Of a stretch of 64,000 nucleotides of DNA, positions 13,901 to 25,656 are shown one piece after another. The DNA is taken from NCBI GenBank assembly GCA_038496445.1, contig JALMLS010000423.1:62001-126000 (forward strand). Reading direction: 5' to 3'. Source of the stretch: Trichosphaerium sp. ATCC 40318 (Eukaryota; Protista; Tubulinea). The notes beneath the pieces are model-generated. The model saw only the letters and a program-made list of their open reading frames with translations, did no database searches and had not been told where the DNA came from. Position 1 is the first letter of the stretch, and every line of letters starts with the position of its first letter. The position numbers were made by a program, and so were the translations under genes.

Positions 13901-14239
13901 GTTACCGAAGAACCTGAAGATACTAAAACTGTTGCCAAAACCACAACTCAAACACAAGTTGGCGCTTCAGCTGTACAGAATATCAAAAATTCTGATGTTG
14001 GTACGTTTTTTGAAGGACATCACAAAAAGATATTTAGTTTTCTAACTCTCTTTTAAACAGATTCTAACAATGGTGGACCAAAGAAGAATAACAGCCTTTA
14101 TATCATTATTGGTGGTGCTGTAGGCGGTCTTATTGTTCTAGTAGCTCTTGTAGTCATCGTTGTTGTTCTAGTGATGAAGAAGAAGAAGCCAAGCAAAGCT
14201 CCTCAAGAAGAACAAGGATACCAACAAATGGAAGACTAA
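10942..14239 (+). CDS. Type I membrane MACPF/perforin-like protein: signal peptide - MACPF - Pro/Thr stalk - small globular domain - acidic tandem repeat - TM - short tail
   Basis: Signal peptide MHRAVLLALVAVFVACTFG. IPGADQMQRGFDIL. MACPF signature YGTHFITGGTFGG. Exons join in frame through to TM LYIIIGGAVGGLIVLVALVVIVVVLVM-KKKK and tail ...EEQGYQQMED, stop at 14237-14239. Confidence 0.85.
13382..13693 (+). repeat. Coding tandem repeat, 8 x 39 bp (DMDDMPLDDYEPE)
   Basis: Unit GACATGGATGACATGCCTCTTGACGATTACGAACCRGAA read directly; variation is mostly synonymous. Confidence 0.95.
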
Positions 14240-14578
14240 ACAAAAGAAATATTTTCCTGCCTACCTCTTTACTTCACTTTTTTGGAAATAACAATAAAAT
14301 ATTTTGTATTCGGTATAAAACATTCTGTTGCGTGCCGCGTGTTCAAATAAGTTGTTGGTTCTGTATCTATTGTTGAAACAAGCAATCGCTTGTTGAAAAC
14401 GTAGAACCAACGACGCTTGGTTGTTTATATACGTGCGTACATGTTGTAGTTGCAGTATCGCGATTTATAAACTTTAGCGTCGTTTGTTGTGTTTGTGACT
14501 TAAACGTTCGACGTCAGCCCTTATATTCATTAAAGTCGCTGTCTTTAGCCTTTTTCATTAGTTGAAAAGCCTGTAGTG

Positions 14579-16194
14579 ATGGCAACGCAAAGTTATGATT
14601 TGTTATTGAACGAATTGCCGTTGGATGTACTTTTCTGCATCATGGACTATGTACAACGTACGAATAGGCGCGTTTTACGATATTAACGTCGTTTTTTAGT
14701 GTTCGATTACCTGAAACTAGCTCTTGTATGCAGAGACTTCCAGACCATGGTAGAGACCGTTGTAGCATTGTTTTCGGGCTAATAGCTTTGTAGGTTAATT
14801 ATGTATGCACACGATGCGCACATTTAAGTATAGGAAGCGCTAGGCGTAAAATACAGCAGCTGTGGCCTGTACGTTTACCTATTTTTGAACTTACTCTCCA
14901 ATTGATATAAAATATATCTGAACGGTTTTTCTATACGACAGTAACCTGTCAACACTTATCAGATCACTAGTTTATCGTCAACAAATTCGAGCGCGTTCAA
15001 ACGCTCAATTTATTTAAATCTTGGCGTTTTACAAGCACTCAGCTGGGTTTGCTATGTAGAGGATCAAATTTTGCGAACCTCAAAGAGTTAAACTTGATTG
15101 GTACATAAACAGCGCTCACCTAATACCCGTTTATAGTATTTAGGATGCACTAAGTTACAAATGGATCATTTTGCGGATTTAAAGACAGCAACTTTCACTA
15201 AAACTCTTACACACTTGGCCTTTCAGGTAAGCTTATTATAGCAATAACAACCAAACAAATTCTCAAGAGTACAAGTGCAATCAGAGCGTTAGCGTTCACT
15301 GAATACTCAGTATCAGCTTTCTTACTTGAGTTTGTTTTTTTTTTGTTTTTGTTCCATCTCTTCACGTGTCTTACCTTTTGTTTTAGTGTAAGGAGCCAAC
15401 AGCTATTGATGTACCACAGGTAGAATTTTTGAAATCATTCGAAAATCTAAAGCACCTACACTTACTCACGGAGGTATGTTAGTCATGAGAGATTATTTTT
15501 TTTGTTTTTGGTCCATCCACGTTTCAAATTGTAGAATGCTTTTTTATTGTATTAACTTGGTGAATAGAATGATGTATCCGTGGGCAACGGATTTTCTAGT
15601 TGTCTCCCGCCTGGTTTAGTAAGTTTAACTCTAGAGTCGTTTAACAGTGTAAATGTGAGGTAAGAAGAGCTGTTCTATTATTTGACATATTTTCAATTGT
15701 TTATGAAAAATCGTTCTGTGCAGTGTTTGCATATTTCTTGACTTACTGTTGGTTCTTTAGCCTTATATTGATACATTGCAAGTTCTTGAAGAGTCTGTCT
15801 CTTACGACTAGTAGTATAACTGAGCTTTATAGCGGAGAGGACAGCCTTGAATTAACTCATTTGGATTTGTCATGGACTGGATGTAGCGCTGAGATGTTAA
15901 CTCAGCTTGGCAACAAGTACGTACTATGTCGTTCTAAGTGCTGGTTTGTACTAATCATATATATTAGATGCCCGTACTTAGAGCTCTTGAACATCAGTAA
16001 TAATACAATATCCAAGGTATGCTTCCTTGTTCTTTTTTTTTTTGAGAAGAAATTGACTTATCAATTAGACGGACTTTGTTGCTCTTGCTACAAAACTTCC
16101 TGGATTGAATACAGTTGTTCTACCCCAATATACTCGAGACAGTATTTTAAAAGATCATCCGGAGTTACTAAAAGTACTTGGTGACCCACAATGA
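14579..16194 (+). CDS. Intron-rich F-box/LRR protein (FBXL-like)
   Basis: N-terminal F-box LLNELPLDVLFCIMDY..LKLALVCRDF. LRRs NLKELNLIGC, NLKHLHL, LTHLDLSWTGC, CPYLELLNISNN. Stop TGA at 16192-16194. Confidence 0.8.
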
Positions 16195-16425
16195 GCATAC
16201 AGTTTCAGAAAGAACGTGAATACAACAGACAGCATACATGTACTTTTTTTTTTGTAGGAAATAAAATTCTTTTACTATAAGCAGCCACACTACTGCAGTT
16301 TACAAGATTATAATCACATCGTATTAGTGATAGTTGTAGTGTTTTTTGGGGTTTTTTTGTTTGTGTTTATGATGAGTAGTATTCAGTCTACAAAAAAAAA
16401 TGACGTGTAAGAATATTTTAAGAAT

Positions 16426-19400
16426 TCAAGACGTTTCGTTTAGGAGTACACTTGATTCCTCATCCTCGCTACTCTCTTCGTCTTGACTTTCCTCATCGTC
16501 ATCATCACTATCATCATCGACATCACTATCAGTATCATCGCTACTCGATTCACTTCCAGTGATCTCCCGCATTGGAATGATATGTTCTTTAGAGTCAGTT
16601 TCCACAGAATCAGTTTCATCATCTGTTGTAGAACGACCTTTACCATTTGAGGCAGGAGATTTTACGTCAACTTAAAACACAAGTAAGTACTAAGCATTAA
16701 GGCCTTGGATCAAAAGGCAAAGGCAGTGATAACAAGAAACAAAGTAAAGAGAAGAAGAATTTGTGGGTTGGTTTTTCCTTTTTTTTTCCCCCTTTTGGAC
16801 AGAGTTCCTCCGGAGATAATTATGTTTGGTTATTGCGTACGTAGAATGCTGGATTCTAACTTGAATGCTGATAGATCTGTGCTGTATGGAATATCATTAG
16901 TTCCTTGATCCTCTGTATTCAAATGAGATGCTGGCGGTTGTAAGAATGGAGCTCTGTATTTATTTGTTAAGTCTGTTTTATCTTTTTTATTCGGTTGTTC
17001 AACCTACAAGTGCAACAAAACGTAAGCTATTAACAACAAAATGAAGAAGAAATAACGAGGGTAGTAATAGCCTCGTTGTGAAGAAAAGTTGAAAAGAGAA
17101 ATCTAGAAGTGACAATCGATAGTTTTTTTTTTTTGAGTACTGATCTTCACCCAATGGAATTTGGGTTGATTTTAATTTGTTACGTACCAATGCACCATAA
17201 GTATGTAATGCTTTGTTTGAAGTCATCATGTAAACAAAGAAGCAAACGGAAAGGATCAACATTATAACAATAATGATACCATATTGGAACTAAGGATGTT
17301 AGAGATTTGTAGTGAATTTTTTGTTCACTTTTAATTACCTCGTATGTTGCAAACACTCCAATAGATACAAGTTGGTATAATATGAGACCAATGTTAACAC
17401 TGACGAAAATAGTTGTAAAATAATTACCACCTCCTAAGAAAGAAGCAAAGTAAGAACAAAGAACACTCCGAAAAAAAAAGAAGAAAAAAGTTGTGGCAAA
17501 CACAATGTCTTAGATGAGTTCTTAAGTACCTTCAAATGGTGTCTTATCAGCCCATATAATATTATACTTATAAGATAGGATAGCGAGACCAAAGTAAATT
17601 ATTGCAAAAGGCAAAATAAGTGGTGCTAGAGTAGAATAGATTTGGACAATCATCAACACCAATAAAATACCAGCATAACTAAACAAAAGAATTAGTTTTG
17701 GTGCTCATCCTTCACTTAAAAAATCACGTGATGGAGTAAAAATATACTTCAAAGATTGTGATATATTAATACGTACTTAGTAGCATAAGAAAATGCACCT
17801 GACATCCACACAGCGCGCTTAGCACGCTTTGATTTTGCCAAAAATCTATCAAAAATTAAGCCGATTATGAGCGGCACTGGACGCCACAAGCTCATCATTG
17901 ATCCAGCCAAACCAACAGTCATAATATAGTTTACAAAGAAAGATGCTTGCTGAGGAAGAGATGAAGCAAGTAGAGAAACAATAGACTGAGGACTATCAAT
18001 AATTGAGTCCAATGCTTTGAATACTGATCCAGCAATCGTTGAAATGAGTAGAACGTTGAATACAAGGAAACAAAAGTATTTAACTGATGTAGACCTAAGA
18101 GAAATATTAACTTAAAGAGCTGTAGTACATCACGAAAGGTAAAGCAGACAGAAAGCTACAAAAAAAAAAGGTTTCTGTTGAGTTTTTTTTTAGTTCAAAG
18201 ATTTTACCTGTCTTGTTCGCTCTGTGCTGCTGGTAATTGTAATCCTGACAAGAAACGAAGTAGAGGCACAAGGATAATCATGAATACAATCAAGACAATA
18301 ACAGGTGCATAACCTACACAAAGACAAGAGTTAGTCACTACCGAGTACAAATAACAGTTTAACTGAGACAAATGCGTGTTTAAAACTTTACCTTGTATCA
18401 ACCCTCTCACTGCAGGATCAAGATCGGTATCTAGAAAGTCGCTAGGGTAAAGAAGTTAACACCAGAGGTTAATGTAAGTGTGGATAAACAAAAATACTTA
18501 CAGCCCTGGAACCATTGCTAAAGTCTCAAGGTTTGCAAAACCTTGTACGAAAATAATAGGAACAGAATAAAAGAAGACAATCAAGAAAGAAATAATGAAT
18601 ACTATTAATCCTCTAAAGAATCTACTTATTGTAGTTCCTGTAAGATTATCCCAAATAATATCTCTAAAAAACGAAATGAGCTGAGGTACGCTCAAACCAA
18701 ACGTTCAAAACAAGTTTTTTTTTTGGGTGCTTTTTTTGTTTGCGTACCTTGGTTCAGGGGCGTGCTCTACTAGCCATTGTTCGTTTACTGTGGATTGTGA
18801 TAGTTTGGTAGCTTCAGATATACTCTATATTTTTAAGATACGAAATGAGAAAGGAGTCAAGTTATAGATTGTTGTTTCGGACTTCCAATAAAATTTATAA
18901 ATTGGATTTTTGCAGAAGCAGTTTCTGGAGTATTGTGGCGTAATAGTACCTTGCATGTGACAAAAGCTGTTGGTGTTGGTTTAATATACGAATCTACTGA
19001 AGAGAAAAGATCAGAAAGGTCAGAATCCTTATCCTTCATGTCATTTGCGTATGTATCTATAGAAAAAAAAGTAAGCACAAATATCGACCTTTCACCCATT
19101 TCTGGAAAAACAAACTAGCCCCACAACGAGGTTGAAATTGAAGAGCTGTTATTAGGTATATAGATGCAGATTTCTAGGAGATGTATACCTCGCAGTTTTT
19201 GTGTAAACTAAAAAAACGCTTTCAAAAAAAAAAAAGAAGAAAGTACCAATAGAATCGACCTCTTCGCCACCACAAAAAGATGTCTTATGAGTAGGACGTT
19301 CTCCATCTTTGAAGTAAACAGCAAGTGACTAAAATAGTTCTTAACACTTGAAAAAAAACAGCCAACAAGTATTGAACGTACGCTCTCCAAATTGTTTAGA

Positions 19401-22362
19401 AGTGCAAGTCTTTGGTTATGTCTCTTCTCTAGTTTTGGTGCTTCTTGTGCTCGATGAACTTCAATAATCTTATTGTTAAATGAAGGGTTAAGATAAGCCA
19501 TAATGACTTCATCATAGAATTCACTTGAATTGCCTACAAGCAAGCAATCAGATTACAACTAAAAAAACCCCGAAGAAAAACACGTGTGTTAAGTTTTTTT
19601 CTCAGTTTTATACACAAGCACTCAAGATTGGTATCTTACCTCCTGTGTCAACTCCAATGATTGTACCTTTTCCACTGTAATCAGGGATATCTGTAATCAT
19701 GGATGTATAATTCTCAGGCAACTTAGGATTTGAAAGATGTTCTCTTCGTCTGAGCAAGAACTATAAAAAAAACGTATCAATACAGACTGTTATAAATGAC
19801 CACGAGAAGAGTGATGTCTTACCTCGTCATAAAATCTCTTCAGAATAAATATTGTGGCAGCTGTATTAAATATAACACCAACCATCTGTAACATTAATGT
19901 GAGAGGGAGTTATTTAGACTTCAAATCGTACGTGAAACCAGAGAAATTGAGATCCTCTTTCAATATTCGCCATAGACAAGATTTCCAAGCCTAACACTTA
20001 TCAGCAAACTATCGATAAAGTGATCATATTATCACGTACCTTTTACGAATAACGAGTTATCTTCTGGCAGATCTTTGTTCTTTCCAGCAAAAACTAATCG
20101 AATAAGAAAATTGTTACTCAACGAGAACTATTTTAAGCAAAGCGTGATTCTGTTATTTTTGCGTTTGCATTGACGTACTGTTGACGAACAGAATAGCACA
20201 GACACCGTATACAGCGTATATACAGACCATAAAGAAGGAGTATTTAAGGAACTTAACAAATACCCAAGCATCTAATCCGTGTGTCTCAAAAAGCAAGTCT
20301 TCATTGTAGAAAACAGTCTGGTAGAGAAGAGAAAAAATACCACGTGGTGGCGGAGCAGGTTGCCTGTTATCCCTAAAAATACAAGTTAATACAGAGCATT
20401 AAGGTATATAAAATGGTTTAAAGTACCTCCAAACTTCAGGTTCGTCAAAGGGTTGGCAATTTGATTCGTAGAATTTTCTTGTAAATTTAAAACATCTGGT
20501 AATAACAAACCCAATGAAAAATATGATTGCCAAAACAACATTGATTGCAAATGTTGTAAGGAATGCAGCCAAATTAGTAGTAGCTAATAAATATTAATAC
20601 GAAGAAAAAATACGCCAGGTAATGACTAGTATAGCTTGCTTACCTTCAACGAGCTCTGCTTCAGAGTCAAATACTTGAACTCGTCCATTTACAGAATCAA
20701 CGATAATTGTAAAATTCGAGAATGGGTCATCTGTAAGTCCCAACGGTCCTTTAAATGACTATACAACTAATGTTAGATTTCACGGATATTAGATGAACTA
20801 AAATAAACCAACCTCGTCACCAGTTCCTTCATCTCCGTACTTTGCAAAAAAGTTACCTGAAAAACAGTTAAAAAATAACAAGAACCAATTGTTGTTTGAG
20901 TTGATAATAGACTTCTATTCAAAATTCACGTGTACGTACCAAATTTATCGTAAACCTTAACTTCATTCTCTCCAACATCTGTAACCCAAAAGAAGCTCAC
21001 ACGATCTGATGCAGTGACGTAGGTAGGATCAGTAAAGTCAGTTATTATTGTTCCAACAGAAGCGGTATTCGCATTAGCATTCCATAACTGTACTCGCTTA
21101 TTTCCACGATCAACTACAATGAGCTGCCTACGAATAAAAAAGTAAGCAAAAATCAACAATAGGTTACAAGAGGAAAAATTATCCAAAAAAACTTACTCTT
21201 CAGCGTCCATGTAAGCAATGCCAGTTGGATTCCTCATTTTATCTTAACAAACCAAGTTAATATCAACGCTTTACGAATGTATAGAAGATAAAGGAAAGAA
21301 AGAATTGGTTTTTTCGTTGTTTTTGTATGCCATACAACCCTCCAATCCGAAAAGAAAGAGAGTTGTTTAACAAAATAAAAGTTCTTCTTTTTTCTTCAAG
21401 TTAACGCGGATTACAGACGTACCTGACGCAGTACCATACGATCCAAAGGAGTATAGAACAGAAAGAGAGGATGCATTAAAGACTTGAACGCGATGATTTC
21501 CACTGTCCGCAATAAACAGTAGATCGCTCTCTAAGCTTACACAAATACCCTAATAAGACGTTTAACGTAACAGAGTGTGTTATGCTTGGAGATCATTAAA
21601 AGTTGATTAATTCTGTGTACCTTTGGAGATATAAACTGTCCAGCGCCTACACCAAGAGATCCGACTTCTTGCGTTAAATTACCTTTTGTAGATTAGGTTT
21701 TGTAACGAGTTGAGAAAAAAAAGTATCTTTTTTGTTGTGTTCTCGTTTTCACAATTCTTACCAGAACCATTGGCTATCTGTATTCTATGGTTAAGAGTAT
21801 CCGATACATAGATTGTAAACGTGTCATCATCATAAGAAGCGGCAATCCCTTGAGGAAACGCTAAAGAACCCACTGCGTCTCCACTTGAACCAAACTCGCG
21901 TATAAAAGAACCTTAGGCGGTATATTAGTCATTTTAAACAACTCCGAGAAAAATTTTTGAACAAAAAAAGCGTCCTGTACGCGACACTCCGAGTTTATGT
22001 CGATTAAAGGCGGCTAGACGTACCAAATACATCAAGTACTTGCACACGATTGTTTAAAGTATCGGCTACAGCGATACTAAGATAAAAAAGATCGAATTAG
22101 CGGGTAACGAAGTTGTGTTAAAATAAGTTATCTTACTGGTTTGAAGTAACGTTTTCTGTACTGTTAAAGACGGTAAAGAACGTAACGTCATGTGGTAAAC
22201 TAAATTGGCCACTACCTGCTCCGTTACCTCCAAAATTACGCTCATGATCATATTTCTGGGCGCCTAAGCGTGTTTTAGAGGTTGCATTTTGATAAGGAAA
22301 GTGAACGTGCCAGTGAGGGTTACAAAGGCCCCAATGATGGCTAACACAATAAGTAATCTCAT
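16426..22362 (-). CDS. Signal peptide + NHL-repeat beta-propeller fused in frame to a CSC1/OSCA/TMEM63 calcium-permeable mechanosensitive channel
   Basis: MRLLIVLAIIGAFVTLTG, then NHL blades (GSGQFSLPHDV..VADTLNNRVQV; GSLAFPQGIAA..VSDTLNHRIQI; GQFISPKGIC..IADSGNHRVQV; MRNPTGIA..VVDRGNKRVQL; FKGPLGL..DSVNGRVQVFD). A phase-1 intron near 20585-20644 joins ..ELVE to ATTNLAAFLTTFAINVVLAIIFF (TM0). OSCA motifs HGLDAWVFVKFLK, LSMANI, YTSMITDIP, TAFVT, APEPRDIIWDNL, LPQQASFFVNYIM, YSTLAPLILPFAIIYFG. Stop TGA at 16426-16428. Confidence 0.85.
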
Positions 22363-23239
22363 GTGTATGCCAACGAGTTACTTGTTGTTACAGTCTTAAA
22401 ATTAATGAGAAAATAGGAACGCGGGGATTAAAAAAACCGGACTTAACTTAGAATAAGTATGATCCAATATTACGCGATGTCCAGATTAGTATATATGCCA
22501 CAATTTTCCATCTTGATAGAGAATGAAACCAGATACGTTTGAAATAACTAAGCGGAATAGCGCTTTCGTGGTACTATTTACTTTTTCAGGTTTTATCGGA
22601 AATTGTACAGTTTTAGACTCACATTATTTAATAAGGACTAAAGTTGTCAACATTTATGTCGTCAACTTTTAAAAGAGATAAAAGTACAAGTATAGTAGTA
22701 TATACAATATCGTACCGGAGAGACTACTTGTGGCGATTTCGGGAGTTTAAACTAATTGGGAAAACCATGATCACGTCAAAAAAAACTACTTTGTATTCCA
22801 CTTTCCAAGGTAGTATTCTACTATTTAGAACCAAGGCGTAATTACTTCTTTTTCTAGGAGAGATAAAATAAGTGTCGAGATTACAAACCATAGCTACCTC
22901 TTACGCTTTTGATAGCCTTTTCTATGTCGACCTTTGAGCAAGCAATATTTTACAAGTATATATTCTCATGAATACTTTGCTAATTACTTCGCACAACCTT
23001 TAAAAATTACAGTTCTTACCATGGTTATAATGACGGTGAACTATCATCTTTGCTGTCCTCGACCATAGATTATATTCTCCGTGTTCTTTATCGTTGACAT
23101 ATTCAGGCTTGATTTAAATTGTCTAACAATTATTTTAATATGCGGCATTTGTCATTTATGTCGTCAACTATAAATCAACATGCAATAACCAATACTCCAT
23201 TGGATTTATGCTACAGTTTTAAATAACGTTACCTATTTT

Positions 23240-23655
23240 AATTGAAGGAGTTGACCAGTAGAACATATTGAGTGACTTCAGGTACAAAAACAGGATTCAA
23301 ATACTGTGGATTTCTTAAAGTACTTTTGCGGTACAAACTGGTTAACCGTTTAGTTCATGATGCAATAGCATTCAGTAAAAATGCTGCTGTGAAAATTGAT
23401 CAAAGCGAATGTTGTACAGACGAAGCGGGCAATGATACAATGAAAAATATGGCTGTCAGTGACATCAGTAAAATAGAGGAGCTTTGCTCAGAGTTAGAAG
23501 GTGTTTTCGGAGATGTAGGATTTAGGTTACCAAAATCATTGGAGGTACATGGTCAAGTTATTGGTGAATCTGTATGTTTCTCTGGGACGATAAAAACATT
23601 GTACACGAGAAAGCTGGGAAAGAATTTCAGGCTTACACAAAAGAAAACTAGCTAG
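23240..23655 (+). pseudogene. Possible decayed intronless F-box-type gene fragment
   Basis: Broken PVEHIE* followed by FLKVLLRYKLVNRLVHDAI resembles the second half of an F-box. No clean start. Lies convergent to MORN copy 1. Confidence 0.3.
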
Positions 23656-23976
23656 TTAATATACACAAGCGCCTGTGACAAACACATGCCGTCAAGTTGT
23701 AGTTTAGAAGGATTGTAGTTAACATTCAATGTTATTATTTATGTTGCCATAACGTACAAATGGCTGTTTCTTTCTCTATGACCAAAGAATAAAACATTGA
23801 AATTGGTTGATGAGGCAGTTTGTTCCTAGAACAATATGTATCAAGCAGAGCAGCCAAAATTTTCGTAAGCACTCTCTGTAATACTGCCACTTTTGCAGTT
23901 TATTTTGAAGAGGTGTAATGATTGTTAAGCGAAGGTACGGCCTGAGAAAAGGAATGGAGTTTATTTGCTTTTTGGA

Positions 23977-25322
23977 TCAGAAATGGAATGATTTAGCTTC
24001 AAAAGAATCGAAACAACTCTTACTATCACCACCTGTTGGTGATGCAGTAAACTTAAAATCAAAACTAGCATTGAATTTGAACAAAACAATCTCATCATTC
24101 TTAAACTCACGTTTACGAATAACATCCCCTTCCATGTTGTACTGTGTTTCAAAGCCTTCTCTTTTACCATCTTTGAATTCAACACTTAATTTCAATTTGC
24201 CATTAGTGTGGAATTCCTTTGCTTCTCCTTCTAACAGTCCATTGACGTACTGCCGTTCTTCAAGAATTGATCCATTTTGGTGAAAACTCCTGTAGTCTCC
24301 ATTACGTACTCCCTTGATATAATTTTCTTCAATTGACAGCTCTCCTGACTCATGATAATGTTTAGAAGTACCAGAAAGTACACCATCTTAAAATACTCTT
24401 CTGAGAACCATTGGTTCATCGGTCTCCTTCCAAACTTTCGGTCGATTAAACTGAGGTCTTCCTTCCGTCGACCGTTTTTGTACCACTGTTTACGACATTT
24501 TATGGCTCCACTAATATCATATGTACTATGTATCTTTAGCATTCCACATGGATACCATTCCTTGAGCTCTGTAGGTTGTTTATGATAAACCAGTGTTCCA
24601 TCTGCTACATAAGATTTACACTCTTGAACAACATCATGTTTGTATGTCGCTTCTGTCTGGAGGTTTCCGATACTCTCATGCCATGCTTTATACATGCCTT
24701 CTTTTAGACCATTGACGTATGTCACTTCTAGTGAAGGAGATCTATTTTTGAAGTAACAAACAGTTTTTCCGTGTTTTAACCCATTTTTGTAGTAAGAACC
24801 TCACGTGGTTTGTTATCTTCAATCTTGCCAAACCACTCAACAACCTTACCATCTAACTTGCCTTCTTTGTAATGACTTGTACGCGAGCTTAAAATAGTAC
24901 TACTGTCCCAACGCGTACTGGGACGTATCTCAGTTCGTTCTCCATGTTTAAGGCCATTCTTGTAGTGAGCTTTTAACATCAATAAGTTTTCAGAATCAGA
25001 ATCCCAAACAATGTATTGTCTCAGCTCTCCTTCCAAAATGCCATTCGAATAAAAGGCTGTTGTACGAGTAGAGCTAACAGTTAAGAAAGGTTTGAAACTA
25101 AACGTGAATAAGCCATGTTTTTCCAAGTTGTTATTAAATCGAGAAGTCACTGCCGTTTGAAAGCATAACAACGGCCATTTCTGTTCAACGTCTTCGTCTA
25201 AGTTGTAGATAGCGTGGTGTAACTCGATTGGTAGATCAAGTAAAGCCAACGAACTACAAAACAACTTAAAACACGTTTTTACGCATGAAATCAAACCTTT
25301 TTGACTCTTTCACAGCCGACAT
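23977..25322 (-). pseudogene. F-box-like + MORN2 (YwqK-like) repeat gene, copy 1, with two 1-nt frameshifts
   Basis: ATG 25322 (MSAVKESK), 43-nt intron, LLDLPIELHHAI, MORN2 units (YKNGLKHG, YVNGLKEG, FKDGKREG). Single-base deletions near 24798 (REV/SYY) and 24388 (YFK/DG) relative to the paralogues. Confidence 0.8.
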
Positions 25323-25656
25323 GTCCTTCTTGGAAATAGTAACTTGATTGTCACGATGTGTCTACAGCGGTGTTTTCCAAAACCAGGTGTTTACCAACTA
25401 TCAACTGTTGCGTAGGGGGCAGTTTATAAACAAAAAATAGATAGCTTAACCACTTTAAGACATGTACAAAATGTGATTGTTTTCTTCGAAATATTTGCGC
25501 TAACTTGACGTATGTGAACGCACTAGTTTATGCATGGTTCGCAAACAAGATATGGAAGTAGTCGGAGGTGAAATACCAAAGTCTTGTTGCTACATCACTT
25601 TTTCTTTGAGCTTAAAAATAGTGTTACATTTGTTTTATTATTTTCTTGTTTCTGTT

